Assembly (NCBI GenBank): GCA_965203295.1
Contig: CBDBCZ010000019.1
Location: 1,600,001 to 1,664,000 of the forward strand
Direction of reading: 5' to 3'
Length of the DNA: 64,000 nucleotides
From: Nitrospirales bacterium
GTDB taxonomy: Bacteria; Nitrospirota; Nitrospiria; Nitrospirales; UBA8639
The translations under genes and the position numbers were made by a program. Below are positions 42,057-53,220 of the stretch, one piece after another. The notes under the pieces are model-generated. The model made no database searches, had not been told where the DNA came from, and saw nothing but the letters and a program-made list of their open reading frames with translations. The first letter of the stretch is position 1, and every line of letters starts with the position of its first letter.

Positions 42057-44342
42057 ATGGATCTCGAACTGCGCGTAAAGCAATTAACAACGCTGTGCCC
42101 CGATATTGACTTAGCGGTCATACGGGATTTCGCTGCCCGGATGGACCCGGAATATTTTCACCAGTTTCCAGATCAGCAAATTACCAAGCATCTTCACCTC
42201 ATCAATGAATTAGCTCCGAATAATCCCTGTTCCGTCAAGATTCAAAAATTGAAAGCCAAATCATACGACATGATCATTGTGGCATATGACTATTTCTCGG
42301 AATTCGCCACATTCTGTGGAGTCCTGACAGCTTTTGGATTGGATATTCGGGAAGCAGCCATTTACACCTACCGGGATGATCCGTCGCCCAAGCCCACGGC
42401 CAACCTCCGGCATCCACAAGCGAGGTCGACTGGATGGCCCAGACCTCGTCACACACAACTCCCAGGCCTATCACGAAAAAAAGTTGTGGACGTGATTCGC
42501 GTGCGGGAAATGCAAGGAATCACCTTTACCTCCAACGACGAGATCCGACTCAAAGAAGAGCTGGTGACCTTGATTCAATTGCTCGATACCCAACAGATAA
42601 AGGAAGTCAGACGTCGAATCAACCGTCGATTAACGGAGTCATTAGGGAGATACAAGACCCCGGTGTCCAATCTGTTACACCCTGTTGAAATTCAATTTTC
42701 CAATCCGACAGATTCATCTGAAACCGTTATGAGTCTCAGGTCCTTGGACACCCCGGCCTTTCTGTATGCTTTCTGTAATGCCTTAACCATGCGAGGCATA
42801 TATATTGCCAAGGCGAATGTCGAAGTCGTGGGGTCCATGGCCAATAACCTATTTTACGTGCGAGGAAGACAGGGGAGAAAAATCGAAAACCATCGTGAAC
42901 AGCAGGAGCTTCGGGTCACAGCTACGCTCATCAAAGAATTCACACAATTTCTGTCTTGGGCTCCGGACCCAGCGAAAGCCCTTGATCATTTCGACTTGTT
43001 CCTCGATGACCTTTTAAAGGACAGTCCCTCATCATCAGAACTGCCCTTGCTAACCGATACCCCACTCTTGGCGAACCTGGCTCAGTTATTCGGCACCAGT
43101 GATTTCCTTTGGGAAGATTTCCTTCGACGGCAACATGCCAACCTTTTGCCAATCATGGAAGACTACCAAAAAATCCCTGCCGTTCGATCCAAGCCGGAAC
43201 TTGCCAAAATCCTGAGCACACAATTAGCAAAAATCAAACAACCTGAGGCTCGTAAAACATGCCTCAACCAATTTAAAGACCAAGAGTTATTTCGCATCGA
43301 CATGAAGCACATACTCGGGAACATCTTACTCCTCGAATTCTCATGCGCTCTGACTAATTTGGCAGAAGTCATTCTCAACCAAGCGTTGAATGAAGCCCAA
43401 GCTATTGTGGACAGACATCACAAACGCCCTCTCCTTGCGAATGGCCATCCTCTCCCCTTTACCATCTGCGGTTTGGGGAAGTTGGGAGGAAGTGAACTCG
43501 GGTATGCTTCAGACATTGAAGTCATGTTTGTCTATGAGACTGACACCAAGACCACAAATGCCAAAGGGATCAATCCTAGCGAGTATGGTGAACGGTTGGT
43601 TCAAGAATTCCTTCGTTGGATCGAGGCGAAACAAGAGGGGATTTTCCGAATTGACACACGTCTCCGCCCGCATGGAGAAAAGGGGCTCTTGGCAAATTCT
43701 CTTGAAGAAATTCGAGAGTATTATTTCCCAACTGGACAAGCCGCTCCTTTTGAGCGTCAGGCCCTCATCAAACTTCGGCATGTAGCTGGAGATGCATCTC
43801 TAGGGAAATTAGTCGAACAGCATAGGAATACGTTTGTCTATAGCGGGGAACCCTGGCCATTAGAAATTGCCCTCTCTTTACGAAAAAGACAGATCAATGA
43901 ACTCGTCTCCTCTGGAACCACTCACGTAAAGTACGGTCCTGGTGGGCTCATCGATGCGGAATATGCCGTTCAATACCTTCAAGTCATGCATGGCCATCAG
44001 ACACCAGATCTTCAAATCCCAAATACCCTTCAAGCCTTGGAAGGATTAAGAAAGCATGAAATTCTTTCCGCTTCTGATTCCCAGACACTCAAAGAAGACT
44101 ACATGTTTTTGAGACGCTTGATTGATGCCCTGCGAATTGTACGCGGCAATGCCCAAGATTTGGTTCTCCCTGATTCTGGTTCGGACGGCATGACCTTTCT
44201 CGCTCGTAGACTGGGCTTTGTCACCAAAGAATGGAAGGCTGGAGCCGCGGTTCTTGAAAAAGAAATTAATCGTCGCATGAACAGAACACATCAGATGTTT
44301 ACAAAACATTTTGGAAAACAGAAAGGAAAGGGCAAGAAATAA
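42057..44342 (+). CDS. glnE: GlnE C-terminal-type (adenylyltransferase) half with N-terminal GlnD-like tandem ACT domains
   Basis: ACT-like segments AYDYFSEFATFCGVLTAFGLDIREAAIYT and LDTPAFLYAFCNALTMRGIYIAKANV; NT domain GKLGGSELGYASDIE, IDTRLRPHG, ERQAL, GGLIDAEY. Confidence 0.88.
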   Translation: MDLELRVKQLTTLCPDIDLAVIRDFAARMDPEYFHQFPDQQITKHLHLINELAPNNPCSVKIQKLKAKSYDMIIVAYDYFSEFATFCGVLTAFGLDIREAAIYTYRDDPSPKPTANLRHPQARSTGWPRPRHTQLPGLSRKKVVDVIRVREMQGITFTSNDEIRLKEELVTLIQLLDTQQIKEVRRRINRRLTESLGRYKTPVSNLLHPVEIQFSNPTDSSETVMSLRSLDTPAFLYAFCNALTMRGIYIAKANVEVVGSMANNLFYVRGRQGRKIENHREQQELRVTATLIKEFTQFLSWAPDPAKALDHFDLFLDDLLKDSPSSSELPLLTDTPLLANLAQLFGTSDFLWEDFLRRQHANLLPIMEDYQKIPAVRSKPELAKILSTQLAKIKQPEARKTCLNQFKDQELFRIDMKHILGNILLLEFSCALTNLAEVILNQALNEAQAIVDRHHKRPLLANGHPLPFTICGLGKLGGSELGYASDIEVMFVYETDTKTTNAKGINPSEYGERLVQEFLRWIEAKQEGIFRIDTRLRPHGEKGLLANSLEEIREYYFPTGQAAPFERQALIKLRHVAGDASLGKLVEQHRNTFVYSGEPWPLEIALSLRKRQINELVSSGTTHVKYGPGGLIDAEYAVQYLQVMHGHQTPDLQIPNTLQALEGLRKHEILSASDSQTLKEDYMFLRRLIDALRIVRGNAQDLVLPDSGSDGMTFLARRLGFVTKEWKAGAAVLEKEINRRMNRTHQMFTKHFGKQKGKGKK

Positions 44343-44555
44343 TCGAAAAACTTGAAGAATACGACGGAGGTTGGGCTACTGAAGATTTTAGAACATCTGC
44401 GATTGAGAATGCTTCGTTAAGTCATAATCCATGTCTTGTTGCTTGAGGTCTTCACCTCAATGAAAAGAGATTACCCCTCTTCGCTTGTGACCTTCTACCC
44501 CCTGGTTCCGACCGTAGATATCACAGCGTCTGACAAGTGAAAAAATAGCGAAATA

Positions 44556-45362
44556 CTACTTTTTTAAGTATTCAAAGTTGACGTTAACCTTTCCGTTGGC
44601 GACCACGGTCACCTTTTGCTCGTTCATTCCCAGAACCGGATGCCACACAACGAGTTCATACTCCCCAGGAGGCACCCGGTCGATGGCAAAGCTTCCGTCT
44701 TGATCAGAGATGGAAAAATACGGTGTATTCACCACGTACATCCAATTCTCCATGAAATCATGCCGGTCGCATGTGAGTGCGACGACTCGACCGTGTTTGA
44801 GTTTCTTGACTTGCAACGTTTGTTCGATTTCGGTCTTGGGGGGGATGTTTTGGTTGTGAACCGTCTTGAGAATAGTCGCTTTCCGTCCTTTAAGGACATA
44901 AGTATGCAGTGTGTGCTTGATGGGATCTTGATTGATGAATTTCACCGGCTGTCCAGCCGACAAGACTCCGGTAAAGGGACCGAAATTGCAGTTCTTTAAG
45001 CGAACATCAAGATCGAGCTCGTTCCCTTTTTCATGGCGAAATTCGCCTTCATTTGGGAATTCATCTCTGTAGCTTCTGGCTTCAAACGGCTTTCCCTTTG
45101 TGACTCCTTCTAGCACAATAACGGCGCCTTTCAAAGCCCCATTCTTGACCTCGACTTTAGTCAGCGCTCTCTCTTTCCCGCATACTTCTGGGCCTTTTTT
45201 CACTTCAAAGAGTCTCGGGGCTGGCGGCGTACCCTTAAACGCAATCATGCCAGCAATCGTTGCTGCATTGGCGACTTCCGCAACCTCGTAGGCCAGAGCC
45301 ATCCCCCAACATCCGAAGATTGTGAGGGAAAGCCATCCCACCGTAAGTATGGTCTTCAACAT
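44556..45362 (-). CDS. secreted carboxypeptidase-regulatory-like / cupredoxin-like protein
   Basis: Signal peptide; N.D...HTLH and TCDRHDFM (His/Cys/His/Met); DGSFAIDRVPPGEYELVVWH. Confidence 0.8.
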   Translation of the reverse strand: MLKTILTVGWLSLTIFGCWGMALAYEVAEVANAATIAGMIAFKGTPPAPRLFEVKKGPEVCGKERALTKVEVKNGALKGAVIVLEGVTKGKPFEARSYRDEFPNEGEFRHEKGNELDLDVRLKNCNFGPFTGVLSAGQPVKFINQDPIKHTLHTYVLKGRKATILKTVHNQNIPPKTEIEQTLQVKKLKHGRVVALTCDRHDFMENWMYVVNTPYFSISDQDGSFAIDRVPPGEYELVVWHPVLGMNEQKVTVVANGKVNVNFEYLKK

Positions 45363-45417
45363 GCTGTTCTCCTTTCCCGTGTTCCCCAGAACATGTAATC
45401 CTTCACTCGTCTCGTTA

Positions 45418-46575
45418 TCAATAAATTAATTGCCAGCCTAAGGTGAATATCCAATCTGTCTCAAGATTAGGACCATCAATATACTGGTAAACCGGAAGTC
45501 CGCCTTCAAGGGATATCCTATTTTCTAAATCCATCCATTCTGGAAAGAGAACATTGACCCCAGCCAAGAAGTCGAGACGCTGACCATCTCGTCGATCTGG
45601 GTCTGCTGTGGCAACAATGATATTCGGTCTCGTGATATTCGAATCCAAACCGTCATAGTTGTAACATTGTTGCCAGTTAAAGCGAACAGACGTGCTTGCC
45701 CAATCCGACCATCGATAAGCCCCATGGGTCGTTAATTGATAAGCATCTCCTTGTGAGTATCTCTCATCATTTCGTCCGATGCGAAGGGTACCCATAGCTT
45801 GAAAACCCCATGAGGCGTTCCCTTTCATACCCCCATAGGTGAAACCAGGAAAAAGATCTGGTGTCCCTGAGCCAAGTTGCATGGGATAAGGAAGTCGAAT
45901 ATGTCCAAGTGGAGTCCTATCGGTTTTCTCAATATCTCCCGTTGGAATGCCAATACCAAGGTTAAAATGAAAGCGATGCGCACCAATGCTTGGGGCCTCC
46001 ACTGCGTAGAGGCGCACAAGGCTCGTCACTCGTACATCCCCGATCCCATTCGATTTCGTTTGAAACTTGGCACCCATTCTCGTGACATGATCCATGCTAT
46101 TACGGAGATACGGGACCATGACCATAAGGGTCACCGTGTCGTTTACTCCCCACATACCGCTGAACATATGCATTTCCATTTGCATATCCGTGGGAGTAAC
46201 CAGAAATCCGTATCCGTTCGGAGAAAGAGCCTGCGAAGTCGAGACGTCGTTCGTCCCATCTTTGAGCCCATCCATATCCATGTACATATACCGATAGGAA
46301 AACATCACTTCACCTTTATTATGAGTGTGGTCACCCATCATTCCTATCGGACCATGCGAGTCAGGTCTCTCAGGAGTGTAGAAATTTCCTACCGTCAGTT
46401 TTTCACCTTTCTTGGCAACACGCTCCGCTAACGATTCTTCTACCCCACCGAAGATTCTATCTAATAATGCGGCTTGAGTGTTGTTCCATCCCCATCCTAT
46501 CGTCGCTGCACACACAAGCAGCACTGCCCAGCACTTTCTCACAGGGGTGTATCCCCTTTTCGTTCCATCCATCAT
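45418..46575 (-). CDS. outer-membrane beta-barrel 'transporter' family protein, Met/His-rich (putative metal uptake)
   Basis: Signal peptide; RPDSHGPIGMMGDHTH, SYRYMYMDM, MQMEMHMFSGM, YPMQLGSGT; aromatic C-terminus. Confidence 0.8.
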   Translation of the reverse strand: MMDGTKRGYTPVRKCWAVLLVCAATIGWGWNNTQAALLDRIFGGVEESLAERVAKKGEKLTVGNFYTPERPDSHGPIGMMGDHTHNKGEVMFSYRYMYMDMDGLKDGTNDVSTSQALSPNGYGFLVTPTDMQMEMHMFSGMWGVNDTVTLMVMVPYLRNSMDHVTRMGAKFQTKSNGIGDVRVTSLVRLYAVEAPSIGAHRFHFNLGIGIPTGDIEKTDRTPLGHIRLPYPMQLGSGTPDLFPGFTYGGMKGNASWGFQAMGTLRIGRNDERYSQGDAYQLTTHGAYRWSDWASTSVRFNWQQCYNYDGLDSNITRPNIIVATADPDRRDGQRLDFLAGVNVLFPEWMDLENRISLEGGLPVYQYIDGPNLETDWIFTLGWQLIY

Positions 46576-46827
46576 TATGAATCCTCTTGTGCATATGAAA
46601 TTTCTTCAATGGTGAATGTCTTGCTCCGTGAGTCTTTTCCTTTAATCGTTTGTGAGATCATGCGGTCTTGTTCACAGAAGATAAAAACCGCTGATCCTGT
46701 CGATAGCCTTTCGCTAACGAGTTGCCCCTTATGGAGACACCCAATTGCGCTAGGTCAACTATTGGTTATCTCTTCCCCAGTTGCGGCAGAAAAGACAGCA
46801 TCAATGTCGTAGGAAAAGGCAGCGGTA

Positions 46828-47139
46828 TTACGATGTGGCAGAAGAAATAGGAGGAGCCCGAGAAGGAGGTGACCACGCAATAACTGAATTGGTTGTAGAA
46901 GGATTCCCTGAATGAATACCGATCAGGGTCAAAAAGGGTCCATATAACCAAAATTCAAAGGCTTGGAGTACTTGCCCCGCTGAACAGACCCATGAACATA
47001 ATAAACTTGCATGCGTGGTAGCTTTGTGGTGCGCATGGTGGAGAGCATGCGCCGCGGTCTGGCTAGTTAGGGCCAAACTGACAAACAGAAAGCAGGCCAG
47101 AAAAGTAATCGCGAGGAATGGGTTATAAAGACGCTTCAT
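46828..47139 (-). CDS. DUF2946/CruR-like His-rich leader protein with C-terminal RAPP motif
   Basis: TM segment, HALHHAHHKATTH, CSWVC, and SRAPP six residues before the stop; upstream of the barrel gene. Confidence 0.8.
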   Translation of the reverse strand: MKRLYNPFLAITFLACFLFVSLALTSQTAAHALHHAHHKATTHASLLCSWVCSAGQVLQAFEFWLYGPFLTLIGIHSGNPSTTNSVIAWSPPSRAPPISSATS

Positions 47140-47161
47140 TGGAGGCACCACTAACCAATTC

Positions 47162-47191
47162 ATCCTAAGCAAGCTTCGAATCCCTTGTCAA
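47162..47191 (-). promoter_or_regulatory. putative sigma70 promoter for the RAPP-uORF operon
   Basis: TTGACA-N18-TAGGAT on the minus strand, about 22 nt upstream of ATG 47139. Confidence 0.45.
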
Positions 47192-47436
47192 GAGTTTTGT
47201 CAACTTTCCCAGACCTCCCCTTAGCACACCAGAGGTCCACAAAAGCCGTTTTCGGATTATCGGTCTCAATGCTCTTATTGAGAAAAAAGAGTATTCTCCT
47301 CTCAATTCAAAAAACAAAATGCCTGTCCTCCCTAGAGCCCAAGTCATAAGTTTCTTACTTGAGATCAACAAACGTTCTATTCCATTTTCGAAATTCTTAA
47401 ATGATTCTTCTACGAGGGGAGCTCGCATCTCTTTCT

Positions 47437-48846
47437 TTAGACATCATAATACAGAAAGAATTCCTGTGGATGAGGACGCATCCTCACTTGATCGACTTCA
47501 TTGTCCCGCTTGTAGGATATCCAGGCATCAATCAAGTCCTCGGTAAACACTCCACCTTTCAGCAAAAATTGGTAGTTAGCCTCGAGACTGTTGAGAGCAG
47601 AATCTAGACTACCTGGCATGGTGGGAATGTTCGCAGCCTCTTCCGGTGGCAAGTCGTACAAGTTTTTATCCATGGGTTCGCCTGGATCGATTTTGTTTTG
47701 AATCCCATCTAAACCAGCCATCAACATAGCACTAAACGCCAAATACATGTTACAAGATGGGTCAGGAAAGCGAACCTCGATTCGTTTGGCTTTCGGGCTA
47801 GGGGAATACATCGGAATTCGAACCCCAGCTGATCGATTGCTGCTTGAATAGGCTAATAGTACGGGCGCTTCGAATCCTGGCGTTAACCGCTTGTAGGAAT
47901 TAGTCGTCGGATTAGTAAAAGCTGCCAGGGCCGTGGCATGTTTCAAAATCCCTCCAATATAGTATAGGCAGGTTTGTGACACTCCAGCATAGTCCTTACC
48001 CGCAAAAGTTGGTTTCCCATCTTTCCAAATGCTCTGGTGAACATGCATCCCTGACCCGTTGTCCATAAAGATGGGTTTGGGCATAAACGTCGCGGTCTTC
48101 TGATGGCGGCGCGCAACATTTTTCACGACGTATTTGTACGTCAACATTTTATCGCCCATATTGACCAGCGAATCAAATCGCAAGTCAATTTCCGCTTGCC
48201 CAGCTGTGGCCACCTCGTGGTGGTGTTTCTCCACATGAATGCCCATCTTCTCCATTCCCAGAACCATCTCTGAACGAATATCCTGTTGAGTATCCGTTGG
48301 AGCGACCGGGAAATAGCCTTCCTTGTGACGGGGCCTCGAGCCAAGATTTAGGCCTTCTTTTCCGGAATTCCAAATCCCTTCCTCGGAATCAATAAAGTAA
48401 TAGCCTGAATGTGCATTCTGGTCGTAGCGGACTTGGTCAAAAATAAAAAATTCTGCCTCTGGTCCCCAATAGGACACATCGCCGATCTTCGTGCTCTTTA
48501 AATATTGCTCGGCCTTCTTTGCCACAAATCTGGGATCGCGTTCGTACCCCTCACGTGTGATGGGGTCTTCGATAGTGGCAATCATGCTCAGCGTAGGAAT
48601 CTCCGCAAAAGGATCGAGCCGCGCGGTCGTGGCATCGGGAATCACGAGCATGTCGCTGTTTTGAATAGCTTTCCACCCTCGAATGGAAGACCCGTCAAAT
48701 CCTAAGCCTTCTTTAAAGACATCCTGAGTTAACTCTGAGGGTGGCATAGAGAAATGTTGCCAGCACCCCATGAGGTCAACAAATTTCAAATCCACCATTT
48801 CAATCTTGTTTTTTTTGGCAAACTCCAATACTTCCCGGGGAGTCAT
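47437..48846 (-). CDS. glnA: glutamine synthetase type I
   Basis: [34 protein letters not shown]; adenylylation site NLYDLP intact. Confidence 0.99.
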   Translation of the reverse strand: MTPREVLEFAKKNKIEMVDLKFVDLMGCWQHFSMPPSELTQDVFKEGLGFDGSSIRGWKAIQNSDMLVIPDATTARLDPFAEIPTLSMIATIEDPITREGYERDPRFVAKKAEQYLKSTKIGDVSYWGPEAEFFIFDQVRYDQNAHSGYYFIDSEEGIWNSGKEGLNLGSRPRHKEGYFPVAPTDTQQDIRSEMVLGMEKMGIHVEKHHHEVATAGQAEIDLRFDSLVNMGDKMLTYKYVVKNVARRHQKTATFMPKPIFMDNGSGMHVHQSIWKDGKPTFAGKDYAGVSQTCLYYIGGILKHATALAAFTNPTTNSYKRLTPGFEAPVLLAYSSSNRSAGVRIPMYSPSPKAKRIEVRFPDPSCNMYLAFSAMLMAGLDGIQNKIDPGEPMDKNLYDLPPEEAANIPTMPGSLDSALNSLEANYQFLLKGGVFTEDLIDAWISYKRDNEVDQVRMRPHPQEFFLYYDV

Positions 48847-49053
48847 TCGATACCTCCTTGATGGTATGTAAAGCTCAGAACAATATAGTGATTAACCTCG
48901 ATTCTACTCGACACAGCCATAATATGAAAATACTCGATTCAGCAGAAGGTCAAATGACTCCCAAATCTGGTTTTAACCAAAAAATGATAGAGGTTCTCAT
49001 CACCATAAAGATTCGGGCAGTAACGGCCGTGACAACCTGCATTCCAATCGGAC

Positions 49054-49493
<440 letters not shown>

Positions 49494-49649
49494 TCTTTTC
49501 AAATGGTTCGCAATTATGAAACAATTTGTTTTGTGAGAATCTAACGTCACCCGTCTTCTGCCTTGCCCAAATACACTTGCTCGTAGGTTTGTTTTTCCGA
49601 AAAGATTATAGGCCTGCATCAAGATATCATTCTGCATGGTCAAGATGAA

Positions 49650-50517
49650 ATGAACGATTCTTCGTCACAAACCCAACCTGATTCCATTCCCCCTCCGCTA
49701 GAATCTTTGGAGGGAAAGCCTGAACCCATTCTGACAGAGCCGCCACCCAATCCATTAGGTGGAAGCACCTTGATCGTTGACGGCTCTAATCCCGCACATT
49801 ACGCGAGACCAAGCCTTGCACTTCAAGATGCAGGCCCTGAAGATCAAGTCTTCATCCAACCCGGCGTCTATGAAGATCGTATTTTTGTCGGAGATAAACC
49901 TATTCATCTATTTGGGAGCCGGACGGAATCAGGTGAAAATTTTTTGCAGGCGAAGTGGCCCAATTTATCTACAAGGCGTTCCTAATGGACACATCTCGGG
50001 CATTACATTTCGTTACATGGGCAGTGATCAACATTCGCCCATGAACCTTCTTGACTCTGCCTGCACGATATCGCATTGCCGGGCAACGGAGGGAATTCTT
50101 TCGGGAATAGTGATTTACGGACCCGAAAGTCGCCCAACATTACGAGACAATGAAGTCTGCTTTAATCGCGAGTCGGGAATTTTCTCATTTGCCGGATCCC
50201 ATCCCTACATTACGGAAAACCGCTGTTTTGGCAATCATCACTTTGGCCTCGCGGTGAGAGATGATGGGACCCGACATGACCTTATTCGAAATATATGCTC
50301 GAAAAACAAACTAAGCGGGATCCTTCTCTTTCATTCGGCCCAAGCCCTTCTCTTAGACAATAACAGCCAAAACAATCAACATTGGGGATTGGTGTTAACA
50401 CCTGATTGCACAACGTCCCCGGAGATGGAACAACTCCTTCAAGCCAATGCGCTTACCGCTAACCCTCGAGGCGCCATGATCGTGACCCATGAACCGCTCA
50501 AGGAGATTGGTCGATAA
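49650..50517 (+). pseudogene. right-handed beta-helix (NosD/pectin-lyase-like) protein, frameshifted
   Basis: QVFIQPGVYEDRI..DKPIHL continues, after a +1 shift at about 49910 (CTATTTGGGA), into GAGRNQV and repeated N..SGI/N..FGL beta-helix coils. Confidence 0.8.
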
Positions 50518-50627
50518 TCAATACCTCAAACCTCAAAAAATGATAAACGTCAGTGAGATGGTCATCGTCTTTGAGACAAACACAGTTCGGAAGAAGTTGA
50601 TCGGTTGCTGACAACAGCTACTCTCAT

Positions 50628-51004
50628 TTAGAGAGTAGCCCCCCAAAAACCTATAGCCAAAAGTAACCACCCTAAGAGAAAACATATTCCCCCCAACGGT
50701 GTCAAAGCTCCCAACCATCGAATCTCCGAGAGCGCCAGCGTATAAAGGCTACCAGAAAAAATGAGTATTCCAAGAAGAAAAGACCAGGCTCTCTTTCGGA
50801 AGAGTGTGTTTCCGTATTCTTTCAATCCCCATCCAGCTACCAGAAGACCAAGGGCATGGTACATGTGATAACGATTCCCCGTCTCAAATACTGCCATCAT
50901 TTCAGGAGACACCTGCCCTTTAATAGCATGAGCCCCAATGCCCCAAGCCCTACAGCCAACAAGGCTAGGAGTGAACCTGCACTCAAGACTTTCTGATGAC
51001 TCAC
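50628..51004 (-). pseudogene. DUF423 (YgdD/TMEM256) membrane protein, frameshifted
   Basis: GGAGG RBS and GTG start, reading MSHQKVLSAGSLLALLAVGLGA-[TT, one base missing]-GAHA...FETGNRYHMYHA...FSGSLY...LTPLGG. Confidence 0.82.
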
Positions 51005-51033
51005 CTCTCCTCCTCCATATGGTGACGTGGTGA

Positions 51034-51255
51034 TTAGGGTGAACTAACTACAGGGAAATTCCTTCCCCATGGTATTCTTTCCCACACCCGTTCATGCCCC
51101 CAATACAGGGCGATTTTGGCAAGGGCATCAGTCCCTCCAACAAGTGCGGCAGTTCCAAGTTCGCCAGAATAGAGAAAGACGACTATTGTGGTGACGAAAG
51201 TGGCCAAAACGCGCCAACTGAGACCTTTCGCGACACTTCGAAAATGCGTGTCCAT
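51034..51255 (-). CDS. DUF2061 family small membrane protein
   Basis: RSVAKGLSWR...YWGHERVWERIPWG. Confidence 0.88.
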   Translation of the reverse strand: MDTHFRSVAKGLSWRVLATFVTTIVVFLYSGELGTAALVGGTDALAKIALYWGHERVWERIPWGRNFPVVSSP

Positions 51256-51323
51256 TGTGAGTACCTCTTAGACTTTCACCGAACGGGTTTCGACGTGGAT
51301 TTGCGGATACTCGTTTTTGAGTT

Positions 51324-51770
51324 TCAACTCTCCTTCTTTTTAGGCAACACACTTAACGAAAAATCTTGCAACGTATAGTTATCCAGAACGGATGCAATGG
51401 CATTTCTGACTTCAAACATGACACCTTGAATCGGACAGTGAGGTTTCTCTGCATAAGGACAGTCTGCGCATGTTTGGTACGCAGTTTTGCTTACACAAGA
51501 AATTGGAGCAAGGGGACCATCCAACGTTCGAATAATCTGGCCAAGTGAAACCTCTTGTGGGGATTTAATCAGTCGAAATCCACCATCCACTCCAGGCCGA
51601 CTCGCCAAAATCCCTGCATGCTTGAGGCTTAATAAAATCAACTCCAAAAATCCTAAAGGGATTTGTTGGCGTTCAGCCAGTTCTAATCGGCGAACTGGAT
51701 GTTTCCCATAAGATTGGGTTAATTCTAATAAGGCGCGTAAGCCATATTCGCTTTTCTTTGAAAACTTCAT
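51324..51770 (-). CDS. Rrf2 family transcriptional regulator
   Basis: SKKSEYGLRAL, S.PGVDGGFRL, IIRTLDGPLAPISC; Cys cluster C..C..C..C. Confidence 0.93.
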   Translation of the reverse strand: MKFSKKSEYGLRALLELTQSYGKHPVRRLELAERQQIPLGFLELILLSLKHAGILASRPGVDGGFRLIKSPQEVSLGQIIRTLDGPLAPISCVSKTAYQTCADCPYAEKPHCPIQGVMFEVRNAIASVLDNYTLQDFSLSVLPKKKES

Positions 51771-52201
51771 TTTTAATTCTTAAGTTAGTTTATTAATAAT
51801 GAAATAAATTATGCTCTCTAGTCAATATAAGAATTCCTTTCGCAAAGGGAACTCGTTTCGGCATTTGGTATTGCAAAGATATTGACCATAAAGACTTCCA
51901 CAACCAATATTCGGCAAGTAACCTTATGGGCAAACTGTCTCTTTCATACATTAAGCAGGCGGAAAGAAAACTCTTGGAATGGATGTTCGCTAGGAATTGC
52001 GCGCGGACAGACATTCAAAACGTCATGACTTCCCCTGCTTTAGGCTGAAATTCCAGGTGTTGTGACAGCAGCCGAATGGCCCGCAACTGAGCTAAAGCCG
52101 AAGACCTTCTGCTCCAGCAGTGTGTTTGTGAGTCGCGCGCTGGCTCCACGAAGTTGGTCGGCTATTTGCTCTTTAGGGTATTCTCTATCTCGAGCAAAGA
52201 T

Positions 52202-52281
52202 CCCCGCAGCAAGCCGACGGGGTATTCAGAGGAAGATCAATACCACATCCTCAAATGGTAGCCCCGTAGCAAGCTACGGGG
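52202..52281. repeat. pair of REP-like GC-rich palindromes
   Basis: CCCCGCAGCAAGCCGACGGGG (imperfect) and CCCCGTAGC-AA-GCTACGGGG (perfect), starting 60 bp apart. Confidence 0.75.
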
Positions 52282-52365
52282 AATATCAAGTTCAATGATT
52301 TACTTATCTTGTGCCTAATGTAACTCTCAGCAGCGCAGTTCTTCTATGTCCATTTCACCGGTTTG

Positions 52366-53220
52366 TCACGCTCGTCTTTCTCCTTTATACACGAGGTCAA
52401 ACCAGATGAAATCGTTGTCATGGAACTAAACATTCAGAACAACATCGAAGTCAGCGGGATGGTGCACTTGGAAAAACTTTGCCAGATCGCACCACTCTGC
52501 CCAAGGTGTCCCTGGTCCATCCGTCACATTTCCCCATTCTGAAAATGGGAGGCAACCCTCTCTGACCCAGCGGGTCTTGGGATAGGCAAGCTGGAGCCAC
52601 CTTCCGCCGACCTTGAGGTGTTTTCGTAACTCAGCGACTTCTGGCACGATGACCTCAGTAGGTGCGTGATGGAGTGATCCCATGGCCATGATGATATCAT
52701 AGTCTGTATCGAGGTCATGGAGGGAATCGATGCTTTCCAAACAGACGAAGCGACAACCGTGAAGCCCAAGCATTCCTGCAAGACGTTCAACAACGCCTAA
52801 GTTGTCACGTGCGAGATCGATAAATGTCAACTTAGCGCCGTGCTGAGCAAACGTAAGGCTGTCAATGGCAAATCCACTACCGACATCAAGAATCTTTTTC
52901 CCAGCGACTATTTCAGAGTACAGTGTGTGATACCAACCCCGATGAGCAAACTGCTCGCCTGTACTAATATCATGTCGAGATGATTTCCATTCATGAAGCA
53001 GTTCTCTATCTGAGAGTCTGAGAAGTTCAGACGTTTTCTTCCTGCCAGACCGAGATGTCGGGACCTCCACCCATTTCGTGCTAAGAACTTGAAACGGTGC
53101 TGTCCAATTATCCGAACATTCATCTTCTGATTGACGTTCAACGAATTTCTTTCGGGGAGTCATTCGTCTAATTTCGTAGCCTAATACTGAAAACATGCGC
53201 TTGACTATGGACTGGATCAT
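52366..53220 (-). pseudogene. class I SAM-dependent methyltransferase with probable premature TAG
   Basis: ILDVGSG, GSLHH, LKVGG. The TAG at 52426-52428 is followed in frame by FHDNDFIWFDLVYKGERRA*, which reads like the true C-terminal strand. Confidence 0.65.
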
